Below are positions 24,801 through 37,782 of a stretch of 64,000 nucleotides of DNA, piece by piece. This stretch comes from Raillietiella orientalis (taxonomy: Eukaryota). How positions within the stretch are numbered: position 1 is the stretch's first letter; every line of letters begins with the position of its first letter. The notes under the pieces are model-generated. The model saw only the letters and a program-made list of their open reading frames with translations. It made no database searches and was not told where the DNA came from. The translations under genes and the position numbers were made by a program. The stretch lies in assembly GCA_036172245.1 (NCBI GenBank), contig JAYWIR010000097.1, positions 124,001 through 188,000 of the forward strand, in the 5' to 3' direction.

Positions 24801-27800
24801 GGCCAATCAAAAATATTTAAGAGTAGTTCGTCCAGTAGTTCGTTTTTTCTTCTAGGCACAGGAATCCACTCCACGGAACAAGGTTGAGGATAACATACAA
24901 AAGTTTGTAACAGCTTTTCCATTGCGGTGTCAATTTAAGGCCGTGCAGGTTCCAAGTTTTGCAGCATAGCTTCTCTAGGGCAGCAAGACGTGACAGATTT
25001 TTACCACCGGATGCGCTGGATCTAATTTCTAATTACCATTTCTTCAAAAACGGACTGATTAACTGATTCCATCTTCCAACACAGGTAAATCTGTAGCATT
25101 CGAATCTCGAGGAAACCTTTATGAACTCTTAATAACAGAGCAGGACAGTCCAAAGGGGAATAGGATGCTCTCCCCTACAGAGTAGTTCCATGAATAAGCT
25201 TTTTGCGTTGATGAAAAAACACGACTCCTATTTCAGTTTGCCTTTTCACGGCGGAACCCGACCTTTCCTAATCGATGAGAAGGAAGAGAAGCTACCATTC
25301 CATTCCTTCATCAATCTCCCTTGTATCAGTAATGAATTTTCTCTTATTTGTTTATGTGAAAGAATGAAATGCTTCAGTGAACTGAAAAAACCGAAAACCT
25401 GCAGCAGTAGCCACAGGCGTGTGCCAAAGTTGGTTGCCGTTTTGATATCTCCAGATCAATACGTGGTGTACCTTTTTAATATTTCTCTCATGTACAGATA
25501 TCTAATTAGGAGGAAAGGCCGCCTCGGTCAACATCAGTAACAAAAATAGCTCCTCATAGGTTACCCATCATTTAGTTCTAAAGGAACCATCATGCATACA
25601 TGCAATAAAAGAATATTACATAAACTCTCCAACTATTGACTTCAACTAAGATTACTGTGCGGCTACAGATACTTCGTGATATTTATGAACAAGAAGATCA
25701 ACTGAAACCCATGATAATATATTGCTAAAGAAAGAATTTCAAGATCAGTTCCGTTTCGTAAGCCAAGTAATCAACCAGGAAAAATAGCCACTGGTGAATT
25801 CTATGATAATCTTGCGGCATTAGATCTGGTTAGTGAGAAAGATCGATGCAATTTCATCCAGTTTCCTGGCTAATCTAGTGGAAACTATCGTATGGTCCAG
25901 ATGAGGAAGTCATCTCGATAGGAAACGCAATCTGAACAAGCGAAAGATCGTGCTAGGAGGATGCCAGGAACTTCAGGAAAGGAGTGAGTGATCAGTATTT
26001 TCTGATAACTGTGATAAGTGTAATTAAGAACCAGAACGCACTGGTTCCACCTCAAATGTGTTTGTTCCGGAATCCACATAATAACCTTCACCTTAATTTT
26101 GCATACTGACGTGAGTTTCACTATTAACCTCCAAGTGTCATACCTATTAACTCAAGGATTCTGTTACCTAATGTAACACAAGGGAGTTATATTTTTCCTC
26201 CACGTGCAGCGTAGAATTTCGAAAGCACAATGTCTCCGAGTTCATGTCTTTCTCGAAATCCCTTATGCAGTGACAGCTTGCTGACGCTGAACTCACTCGA
26301 ATCTCACACGAAGCACTATCGGAGGCGAATTCCACTATCACACCGTCCGTTCGTGGTCACTTTTGCATTTTCGAGGGCGCAGACAGATAGTGGTGCACTC
26401 TTAGTATGGACGTCAACCTTCTTCTTCTCTCAGTAGTCTCTGTTTGCTGATAACTGGATCTGTGATTCTACGGGGTGAACGTAGGTGTTTCCACTCGCAT
26501 CGCTCATGTGACGACAGGGAAGAGGATCGATCCTAAGCGTCCGGAGATGCGTTGTACCATCGCACGAGACGCAGAGCTCGAAAATTTGTAATGCGTTTTC
26601 ATCAATCTTTGTCTGTGAGTTTGTTTTTGTTGAAGTCACGCTTTAAGGTAAACAGTGAAACGGTACGTGGGTGTGGGAGTAATTTTTTGCGTAATCAATA
26701 TTCCTGTGAACAAAAGGGTTAATAAAGAAAGAAATTTTCATTCTCTCCTCCAGCGAACCACGTATAGCTGAAATTGGAAATCTGAATTCGGTACAGAGGT
26801 CAGTGGAGGAGATGAACGACCTAATCGCATCCCTGTTCTGTAGCCTATCCGGTTTTGAGTGAAGCTGGACGTCAATCCTGCATTGCATTTTTGTATTTGA
26901 TTGCCTCAGTTTCGAGGGTTTTTTTTTTTCTTCCAAATTTCCTTTAAAACAAACGAGTAGAATTCTCATGTTTTTTTTTTTTTTTTGTTTTGGAATTTCA
27001 CAATTCTCCTTTGTGTTTAAACGTTTTCATGTCTTTTTTCATATATATTTTTTTTCACCGAAAAAAAGAAAAACATGTAGCAGCTGTTTAAATACTTTTT
27101 ACGGAATCTCTCTTTGACAATTATTTTTAAGAAGATGGATTTACATTTCAAGTCTTGAAATATTTTCGAGTCCGTGTTCATTTTTATTTTTCTTGTTTTA
27201 TTTGTTTTGAACTTCCATGATACCGCCTGCTTTTATCTTAGCACATTGATATTTTCAGTCAGAATGCTACTTAACCTACTGATCCGCAGTTAGTGCAACT
27301 TTACAGATTTCAGATCAAGATTTCGAGATAATAGGCATGAAATTTTGGGCAAGATACGGTATTTCGTTTTCCTCCACTGGGCTTACCCTGATCATTAGGA
27401 ATTTTCTTTTAAACAAGAAAGAATAATTTAAAACTCATCGAAAGGGAAAAATCTGTTTTTCCTCTGGTGCTCCCTCCATCTGTGAAGGTTCCCCGTGCTC
27501 TACTGGACACGAGATTGAAAATAACACTTCATTTCACCGGGAATACATATATCTACGCATGTAAACCCACTTGGTGGCCTATACTGAATACCTTGCACCT
27601 AGTTTGCACACATGGAGATATTTGGGATGCTGTGAACAGTGGGAAACTTGATTACGTAGCACGAGACTGCTGCCGCTCATGAAAGCAAGGAACGTAACGG
27701 CTTTGGAGTCAAAGGCTCGAAAACCTGTGAGCACGAAAAGCTCATTGCATCCTTCGTTCCTTTCTGTCAGAATCTGAGAACACGCAGAATCCAAGAAAAG

Positions 27801-30800
27801 CATTCTGCTACAATAAAAATCAGTGCTCTACTCAGTGCTGGATTTCGATTTGAGGAATCTCAAGACTTAACGCCTTATATTCTGTAGCCGTTTTGTCGTA
27901 AGCTTCTTATCGGCCACGTTCCATCAGTAATTTATAGAAATGATTGCAGGCCACTAAATCTTAAAAAGTACTTTATGATCTGGGTGTCTTTTTTTCTTAA
28001 TTCTTCATAACACAGGAAGCTCATTAAGCACGTAAGGAAAGCAAATAAACAGACCAGGTTACCACGTCCAGTAGAGCGAATTCCCAATTTTTAATGTCTA
28101 TTACCATAAAGACTCTTTGTTTGGTGCTCAGTTAATTTGCATTATGAAACCAAAAGTGCTGAATATTGTGTTTATCTGTGTGATTCTGTGTGTTTATCAC
28201 ACACAGACAGATAAGTGTAATATCTACACTGACCTGTCTGAATCTTCGTGCACGCTGAGAAACAATTTTTGCCCACTTTTGTTAGGCAGGGACGCCCGAG
28301 GAGTGTCGAAATTTAGATTGCTTTCCTTTTTTGTACTATTTTCTGCTGCTTGGGAGCCTATTTTGGGGATGTTTTTCATACAAAATCGCAAAGGGCAGTT
28401 CACATAGATGTTCAGAAAATTTTCTCCTAAACGATGACGCTGTGAATCAGGATAAGAAAATATTCTCCCCTAAAATAAATTACTAAATTTGCTTTTATTA
28501 TAAAGCATACCTGCAACATGACATCAGGACTAGGACCGATTCCTGGTACCATATTTCCTGGAGAAAAAGCTAACTGTTCAACTTCCAAGAAATAATTCAG
28601 AGGGTTCTTGTCTAAAACTAATTTTCCGATACGTTGGAGAGGGAACCGTTTTTTTGGCCAGGTCTCAAAAGAAAGTATTCTGTACATTTAATCACAAAGT
28701 AATTTTACCTTTGTAACATCAAAAGCATTATATCCTAAGTTCTCAATTTCGGCTGCAGAAGCGACCTGAATGTACATTGTCCAGGATGGAAAGTCACCTC
28801 TTTCAATTGCTTGGTAAAGGTCACAAGTGGCATAGTCGGGTTCCACAGCAGCTATAGCTGATGCCTTTTCTGAACACAGATTTTTAATACCCTGATCAGT
28901 CTGCAATGAAAGAATATACTCTTTCAAACTCTGAGTAGCCTGCTATTAGAAAAAAATAAATGAATTGTGGGTATAGTAATTTTGAAAGAAGTTTTACATG
29001 ACAGACAACGAAACTGTCTTCTAAATCTTCCAAAAACATTTATAAATGCAATATAGATGCACACTTCATGGGCAGAAGCATAATATTCAAAAGCGATGCA
29101 GTTAGAATCCCTCTCGCACTCTGCCCTACAAATCAATCATTGAAACTCGGAATACTTCTTAATTTGTTTGAAGAATTTATAAGACCTTAAATGACTCAAA
29201 TGTTCAGGATGTACGAATGTGTCTTTGTAAAGCGGAGGAAATACTGCATCAAACGAGAAAATGATTCAAGGAATTCGGAAAATGCAAGTTCCGAGAGTTC
29301 AGTTTATTATGTTAAGCATTTTACTCTGCTTCATTCGTTTTCTGTTCTGGAATTCCTTGCATACAAAATCGAGGACTAAGACAGCTGATGGTTCCTGGGA
29401 CCAACTGCGATTGCCAAGCCCACACGTCTCTCCGGACAACCTTTTCCAAATTCTATACCATGTACACCATCCAAATGGAGTGCCTCTCGAAGGTGTATGT
29501 GTCGTGTGTTCCGAAAACGGCATTCGTCAGGAAAGACGATGTCGGCGCTGAACCTGCGAGATGCCCCTTCGTGTGGACTGTGGCTTTGAAGAAGAGCGTC
29601 TTGCAAAATCAGATGGAATTTCTCAAGACTTTTTCATTTTTCTTATGTAGGAAGTTTCCTATTTTCTGTACAATAACAGAGTTCCTATGAATCCAATTTT
29701 TTTCCTTTTCTCTCCACACAAATTTAGAAAAGTTACTTTTGCTGTGCGTTTGACGCATATAATCGCCTTCGCCAATTTTAATTCACGCACCCACGGGTGC
29801 TCTTTAGGGAAAAAATTACTCTTCTAACAGGTTAATTATTAAAATAATCAATGCACAAAAAGAATTATGCACTAATTTCATCAATAATAATGAACATCAA
29901 TGATGGCTCATTTATTCTTAAGAGGCAAACATTTTTTAACATTACAACTGAAAATGTACAGAACTATAGAGATGAATTTGAATTTCTTAATCAAAATAGC
30001 AATTTTATGATTTTGTTTAGAATATTCATGAAAAGTTAAGAGCAGTCATTTGCCTTCCGGATGATACGGAGAACTTGTTGCTAAGAAGAGCCTTCAAATG
30101 AATAATTCCAAACACAATGAATCTCTTATCTATAAATTTTCAATCAGAACTGTCTTCTTCTTCAAAAAAAAAAAAAAAATTGAAAATCTTGGGGATTTCT
30201 TGTTGCTCTTCCACTGATGATACGATGGCAATAAGCCCGATGCCAGTTGTTTTGTGAGGAGGGATTTCGAAATTCTCCATTCATTCATATTCTATTCTGT
30301 TTGAAATATCTCTCGATTGAAAACATAACATCCCCATGGCACAAATTTTCATCCCCCCTCCCCCATATTATTAAGAAATTCAACGGAAATATTTCAGTAT
30401 TATAGATTTCCTCATTTTGAGTATCTAGGAACCAGGTATTTCGTCTCGAAACAGTTCTTCGAAAGTTGTTTAAAACAGATGTGAATCGACGGATGTGAGT
30501 CGGATGCATTTGAAATAGCAACGTATTACTGTCTCGAAAGTCTCTTCTTACTTCTGCATTTCCTCATTCAGAAAAAAAAAAAAAAAATTCGATTACAAAA
30601 ATTCCGTTTCTTCTATTTGCCTTGGGTAGCATTCCATTGAGGTGAAATACTGGAAATTCTAACTGCTATTCCCTACGATTCTCTCTTTTCTTGCGTAAGA
30701 TTCCTAGTAAGTTTGGAGACAAATAGATTTCTCTTGATAATCACGCCAGCAGCAAACATAGAATTGGAACGTTTCGCGGGTACAAAAGATAGAATTTCTT

Positions 30801-33800
30801 TGATTATTTTGATAACGAGAACTCGAGATCAGAGGCAATACAAAGGTTGAGGTTTTCAGGTCTGTACTGCTTCGAATGATTCTGGGGAAACCGAGATCAA
30901 AAACCATGAAGCTCTCAGTTCGACGACTTCCGCCTTGGAAACTCGTTATACCGCTATGTATCCGAAATAGCTCGGCTCCGAAATAGCTGGAAATGCAGTC
31001 ACATATAAAGATTGGCTTTGCATTATATGCTAATGTGTTCTGTAATGGTCAAGTTTTCAAATGAAATTATTCCTCCTCTTCTGAAAATTTTCCTGAAGAT
31101 GACATTTTTAGGGTGCCCGGTTTTATGTGCAAGGAGGCTTTTTCGTCTGGGAAAGAAATTTAGCACAAACATTTCACATATTTGCAATCGAACGAAAAAA
31201 ATCTTTATGCCAAACTTCATAAGAAAAATCTCTTCATAGCCATAAATGACTCGAGGTTAATAAGCACATCACATGGAATTAGAATGAAATTCAGATTAGG
31301 AGTCTCAAGTTCAAAATGCTTCAGCTCGCAAGCACTCATACACACATCACATGATAAATAATGAAAGCAACTCTTAAAAACTCTTTGATGCACATCATCG
31401 CAAGCAAAACAATTTTCTCAAGTGTTAATAGATGGAAAAAAATACCAGCAAATGAAACTTGCAGTAAGAAGCTTTGCAAGCTTTGTTTATTATCTTAAAT
31501 GCATGGCAAGAATAGCCGTGCATGTGACGGTATCCATCTGGGATTCCACGGTCACTGTATAGTAAGATCAAAGCATGAATAGTTTCTGGTCGGAGATTAA
31601 TAAAGTCCCAAAACATATTAGGCTCCTGAAATGTAACCAGACCTCACAGAAACCGAAGAGAATGAACTTACTTTAAGATTATTTATTGGATTCCGTTTCT
31701 GGGAGCGAATAAAACTAGGAAATAAGAATGGATCACGGATAAAAAACACTGGCATATTACTTCCAACCAAATCCCAATTTCCTTCCTCTGTATAGAACTT
31801 TATAGCGAACCCTTTTGTCTCTCTAAAGTAATCAGAGAAATCAGTTAAAAAACCCCAAAACAACATCGTTAAAGTATCACCTACAAATCAGTACAATTTA
31901 AAAAGAATCTCTACACTTTTCATAGAGATGTTTGAAGCGCTTTTCTTGTTTACAAGCGACTGCTTTTCTCTTCAAACTGGGAATTCAGAGCTGATTCGCT
32001 ATACCAAAAGGTAAAAACGGCCCGGATTATGCGAACAGTTCACTACTAGTAGCGCTTACCATGAACGAGTTTGAACAGTTAAGATGCTGCACCCTTTAAT
32101 CAGTCATTACTGAATCACAGATCAAGATCAGTTACGCATTTGCTAATGTTTCCTGAATTCGCCCGCAGCCCAGTAAGTTGCGAGATTCGCGACACACACA
32201 GGTTAACAGTATATGTTCTTTGGAACCACTTGAAGAGTAAGGCACACGCAAATTTTGCTTTTCGGAAAGGGGTTTCGTTGAAAAGGCAACCGCCACTCTC
32301 CTCTGCCTTTGGAATTTTAATGGGATTTTCACCATTCTCCATGCAATCCCGGAAGGCACCACACTATCGCATTAGACGCCAGCAGTTTGCTTGGCAGCTC
32401 GATCTTCTGTTCCCCCCGAGATCACATTTTATCGCTGTGCATACACAACGGAGCTGACTTTCTTAAAAAAAAATGCGAATCGAAAAAGACAAGCTCTTTT
32501 TCTTTCTTAGAGGACGTTTCTACAGAATAAGCATCTCTTATTTCTTTGAATCTCCAAACATCTTGAATGAGAATTTCATCCCCATTTCATTGTACACAAA
32601 TTTATTGTTGCTTTGTAAGTTGCACACTTGCTGTACAGGCGGGTCTTGATTTAAGCTGCTGAATTCATGGAGATTGAGAGGACTTACATGGGTCTCTTGG
32701 CCAAGTGAGTGACAGCAGCACTTTGTAACAGAGGTATGTACGAAACTGAACATGAATGATGGATTGCCTGACAGTTAATGGCAATTTGTAGTCCTATACT
32801 CCGATGAACTTTTGTCCATCGGCTGTGTCAAGCAAGCCTTTGTCTACTCCATAAAGAAGCTCTTGTATTAAGATACATAAAACTCTTTCTCATAAGCTAA
32901 AAATGGATATGAGAAGAACATATGAAAAGCAGGGCTGTTGATCTCGGTAGTTATCTCGGATTGAATGGGAAGGACCTACGCATCGCACCGTTCGTGCACC
33001 AGCTGCTTGCAGAAAGATCAGTGTGAAAATTTTATCATCTGTAAGTGTTTGTTCTGCAGCTTACACCCGGAACACCATTGTGAAGAAGATCGATTCTCGG
33101 CATGAGCAACGCAATATGACTGTATCAGCTTCCTCACAATCAAGAAAGAAAGAAAGAAAGAAAAAAGGCACCCTAGAGTTGAACAATGATTTTGCAACAG
33201 AGGAAGATGGAAGAAAAAGGGATTTATGGAGAGTACGGAAGGGCTCGCCGACGTCAGGAAACGTCGTTTGTTTCCATAACATCACGTTGGCTAGAGGGGC
33301 TCCTCTGCCAAGCTTCATGAAGTCAAAATGTTCTCCCAAATACTTAAGGGAGCCATATAGGGAGAAGGTTATTCTCAAAACAAATCTTTATCTGAATGAA
33401 ACAGAGCTTTCCTTTCAGAGAATGCTCACATGAAGTTTCAAAATCCATTCCATTATTCCAAAATCGAAGATCTCATGCTGCTGACGACCGATTTACTCTG
33501 CTTTCAAGGAAATTGATTATAAGATGTAGCTCCACATGGATTCTTATGGCTCTTAGACATCAAAGGGCTACACCGAGAACCATTTATTTTCTTCCTTATC
33601 CAGAGAGTTACATAATGAACAAAGCACCCGATGCCATTTGACTTGGGAGATTGAATCGCGAAACTGCACTATCAAAAGGAAAGCAGATTTTAAAGATTCT
33701 ATTTCTCTTCGTGAACACTTCTGGCTCTTCACAAGCAAACGAAGAACTTAATAGCAATTTCGAGTCATTTTCCGCACCTTTTCCCCAAAACTATGCTATT

Positions 33801-36800
33801 AATCTAGACAAAGCCTGGGCAGGTGACCGTTGTATTCAAAGCTTGCTAAAATCTAAAAGGACAAGGCAGCATCGGAGGGAGATATGTGCAACACCTCTGC
33901 CATCAAGAGTGTCACAATGACAGTTCTCGAATCATGGAAACCAGTCCAGTGTGAGCTATTAAGTTAAAACCTCAATGAGTGACTGCGACACAACTGACAG
34001 TGAGTGACTGACAGGATGGATTAGACGTCAAAGAAAAACGTGTTCTCGAATTTGGGTACTGTAAATCACGCAGAGTTCGGACCTTTGTGAATTTCTTGAG
34101 GAACTATCGGTGCTACACACTAGGCCTGAAATGCATTACGACGTTCCCATAGGTAAAAAATGTGCTCGTTCTTGGAATGCAATTTGAACAGCGGGGGGGG
34201 GGGGGGAGAGAAGAAGTTTGGAGCGAGTTGCAAGAGTTCGTAGGTATATTGTAGCACACTGGTTTCGCTACCAGCTCATCAGATGAATATGATTCTGATA
34301 GGTAAGGTAGCTGGTTAGATGTTCAAGTATCGGTTTTTACACTGAAGTGCACGAGGAATGCAGAACGGTTTCTCAAAAAAGAACTCTCATTCTAGTTATT
34401 AACATCCAGCAGTTCATATGCGTTTCTTAGCACGAATTTATTTGCCTCAAGATAATTTTTTCAACGTTCTCTGTATTGTGGTATACATGGAAATTTGGAA
34501 TTTTAGTTTTCTACATGGACTAAACATACCCGAGGTACTCTTCCTGGCCTGGATATTCCATTACTCTATCGGAGAATCCTATCCTTTCGGTCCAATCTGA
34601 TTTAACATGGTTGTTTCCAAGGATGTGTCGATCGAGAACTGTCGCTTTGAAGAATGGAAAGATGAAGGAATTCTACTATTTTATCCGAAAAAGAATTGGC
34701 TTGAGTATGTCCTCGATACTGTCTCAGGAGAACGTACACTATCCTAAGCAAAAATGGCTGAATTGACAAGCAGCTGCTACTGATGACAATTCGAGCTGTC
34801 ATGTATTTGAAATGAGGACACTCTTCAAAACACCGCTCACAGTTTCAACACTTGCAAATCCAACATCCATGTCCTCCCATTAAAGACGAAGGAATAGAAT
34901 GTTTTGTCTCATTGAAGATGGGGCTGATTACTTGATATGTTTCATTTATCCAAAATGACTTTCTTTAGTACAGACTATGAAAAGATTAGTTTCAGTTTCT
35001 ACTTTGTATTTCTTTTTATTGTGATCAGACAATGCCTTCAATTGCGAATAGTCTTTTTCTTGTCTTGCACCCATATGCACACATGCTGCTTTTCGATTCA
35101 CTCTTGGTCTTATGATGCCAATCATCTTGCTTCTCTATTACGATTACCTTGGAATTTGAAAACGATCGTGTAAACATTTTGAATAGACTCATTCCTTGAC
35201 AACGCCTACATATGGATTTCGCGGCTTATGATACTTCATAGGAGAGCTATGCTATCCAAGTCCCTCGGTGTACTTTACAGTTTGGCCTGTAGAATAATAA
35301 GAAGACCTCAGAAAGCGTCTTTGCAGCCAATACCACCTTGTTTGTCATTGAAACCATCTTTTCTGAAGTGGTACGTCCGTCAGTATTCGAGATCACTTTC
35401 GCATGCCAGCGTGGCTCCTCCCTATGTACTCAAAGCCGAATTCTATTCTTTCGTTCTTTGAACTTTCTGCTCGCACCAGCAAAACATTTGCTTTCAATTA
35501 TTTATTGAATTTCAAGATTCAGCCAAAATCGACTTCAAGTTAATCTTGATCGCTCTCACGCACAGGAGTCTGGTTAAGTGTTTGTACCAATGATTTGATG
35601 TATGTCGAATTTACGAATCATAGTAAAAGTACAAGAGTAAGTATTCTTTGTATCAACTCAGAATCATAGTCTCTTATTGTGCAGCAGTCGAAAGATGAGG
35701 TAGAATGACACATGAAATATTGGAATTTGAAGAACACCAGTAGTTATTTCATTCTGAAGGATAGAATTCTCTTTTTGCAAACAGCATTTATCAGAAACGC
35801 ACAGCACCGGAATTTTTGGAGACAACAAGTGTGAATTTTTTATCCGAAGATCTATAATTCCCAAACATCCAAAGTTACAAATAAAGAGCCAACACCCTCC
35901 TAGCATGAAACAAGAAAAAATTGGAAACAAACTTTTTATTGCTTTCCTTAGTGGAAACTTTCAAGATTAGTCACATTTGAGGGTACAGTGTTTACTTTGC
36001 AGATCATGATCATAACATTATCTTATTATTGGATACAAAGAATGAAATAAAAGCATCTTAGTACGCTGAGAGTCATCAAAGGCTGGAAAAAAGGACTTAA
36101 GCAAAGAGATGATAAAAATCAAGGTTCACTTTAAAAATCTTGTCAAGGAACAATCTAATTCCCAGACTGTACTCTCTTGAAAGGATTCATAGAAAAATCA
36201 GGAATATAAAATAATTAAAATAGAAAAAAATATCAAAATATACTCAAGCCTTAAGAATCAGTGAATGATAGAAATTATTCCAAATCTACAAGTGTAGCTT
36301 ATTTCAGTACCACTGAAGAAGGAAAATGAAAACTTTGCAGACTGTACCTTATAGTTTCTGCTGATCCACTTTCACCAGTACTCATGGAAAACCTAACAGA
36401 CACAGGAGTTTTTTTTCCAATCGATGAGAACAAGGCTGCTTTACAGTAGTTTGTGATGTCGTGTGTCACTTCAAAATACCCTGAGGCTCCTAAGTACAGG
36501 AAATGCTAATGAATGCATTCGAAAATCACTTTTACTATAGATCATTTTGGAAATTAGTACACAATCTAGTATATGCCCCAGTAAGTCAGAGGGATCCATA
36601 CGAAAGGATTCTAATTCTAGTTTATTAAGGGTGCTCGATTTGCAATGTTGTTTCTCTCCAATGGTTTTCACTTTCTGGTAGCGAAATTGCCTTACAGAAT
36701 TATGCTTACAAGAAAACTGCAAAGATTTTTTAAGGGAAAGTACTTTGGAATTTTGCCAGTTTTATCTGTGTTAATTTTTATAGGAATAATTCTGCAATTA

Positions 36801-37782
36801 TGATGCATAAAATGGAAGTAATCAAATTACTGAGGCGACTGTGTAAAAAGGGAAAAATAAAACCAAATTCACGAAGATAAAATGTGCAATAACATTTGAC
36901 GGATGAACATAGTTTTCATTTCATTTTCCAAATGAGTGCAAGTAAGTAAATAACGAAACTGCAATCTTCGGAAGAAACTCAAATTATCCTATAGACCTTA
37001 AAAACGTCTTAAATATAAGATTGTGGATGTCATTAAATCATCTGGAGTGAACCAAGGACAAATCGCGATACGAAAAAGACAATGTTATGCAAATTATACG
37101 TCAAAAAAATAAAATAAAATAAATAAACTGTGAGCTTGAAAGATTGCATAATAGACAAAAAATGTCCCAAAATGTGTATTAGTTACCCACCTTTCCTCAA
37201 AGCTTTTATTCAAACATCGTAAAAAATGCATTAGATGAGATGACCACAAATATACGCATTTGCCTTAAATTTCGAGTTTGTTTGAATAATAAGAAAGGGC
37301 TGAAAATTAATAAACAAATCTAATGCCTATTTATGATTTCAAAATCCCTTTTCCAATCATTCCTTTTCAAAAGAATAGAATTAATAAAAACCCGCGTATT
37401 GGCAATGCAAAATGCACTCGTTAGAAATGAGATATGGACATTTAGCATTTCTAGAGTGTGCTCTTTTGACTTGCTCAATAAATCAGTCATTGCTGTTATC
37501 CAACGTTGACTGAAAATACATACTAAACAATTGCCAGAGCCAGTTTCATCCTTCCATAATTTTCATGTTTTTCAGCCATGATTAAAAGCAAATAAGAATT
37601 CAAGCCTAGTGAATACAATGGTTTTTATTACCTGCTCCCTTAGCATGGATAACTCTTTCAGGAATTTTTTCATGATCGAGGTATGCTAGTTCATCTAATA
37701 ATGCTTCATCATGTAAAGAAATGGATGAACAAAGATTATTTACTGGGTTCTTGGTAGAAAATGTTTCGTAGCTCTCACACAT
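21882..37782 (-). CDS. Divergent monofunctional heme catalase-family protein, ~474 aa, with non-canonical active site
   Basis: 9 exons: 37782(acceptor 37788)-37632, 36489-36348, 31822-31672, 31625-31446, 28900-28709, 28663-28511, 28469-28234, 22150-22021, 21971-21882 (1425 nt, in frame, TAG). Motifs: [114 protein letters not shown]. An upstream coding exon may exist. Confidence 0.92.
23450..25200 (-). mobile_element. Decayed non-LTR retrotransposon RT fragment in catalase intron 7
   Basis: Ordered degenerate RT motifs on minus: WIPVPRRK (xPIPK), [10 protein letters not shown] (YRPISLL), EHDFRK (QHGFRK), SSAFD (SxAFD); many stops. Confidence 0.4.
26200..26700 (-). mobile_element. Possible LINE APE-endonuclease fragment
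   Basis: RDFN (GDFN-like), LQIFELC and SDH occur in order on the minus strand; CpG-richer than the flanks. Confidence 0.25.
29388..29835 (+). mobile_element. piggyBac (PGBD4-like) 3' end fragment in catalase intron 4
   Basis: [18 protein letters not shown] and [27 protein letters not shown] (decayed Cys-rich C-terminal domain); ends ...AACAGG-TTAA. Confidence 0.75.
32100..34150 (+). mobile_element. Decayed LINE fragments in catalase intron 2
   Basis: Degenerate motifs in order: [16 protein letters not shown] (GxPQGxPLSP), HAADD (YADD). Confidence 0.35.
34600..35500 (-). mobile_element. Decayed LINE C-terminal fragment
   Basis: EYIGRS (FxYLGS-like), YGCKT (YGCETW-like) and RSTHPWK (RGHPxK-like) on minus; weak. 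Confidence 0.25.

Noticed and set aside
27490..28080. MITE bounded by GCTCTACTGGAC / GTCCAGTAGAGC inverted repeats
   Set aside because: Only a 12-bp match, with no clear target-site duplication or second copy in the window.
37632..37660. Direct assignment of the catalase as allene oxide synthase type
   Set aside because: The residue before the distal His is Ile, not Thr, the Asn is lost, and no lipoxygenase fusion is visible.
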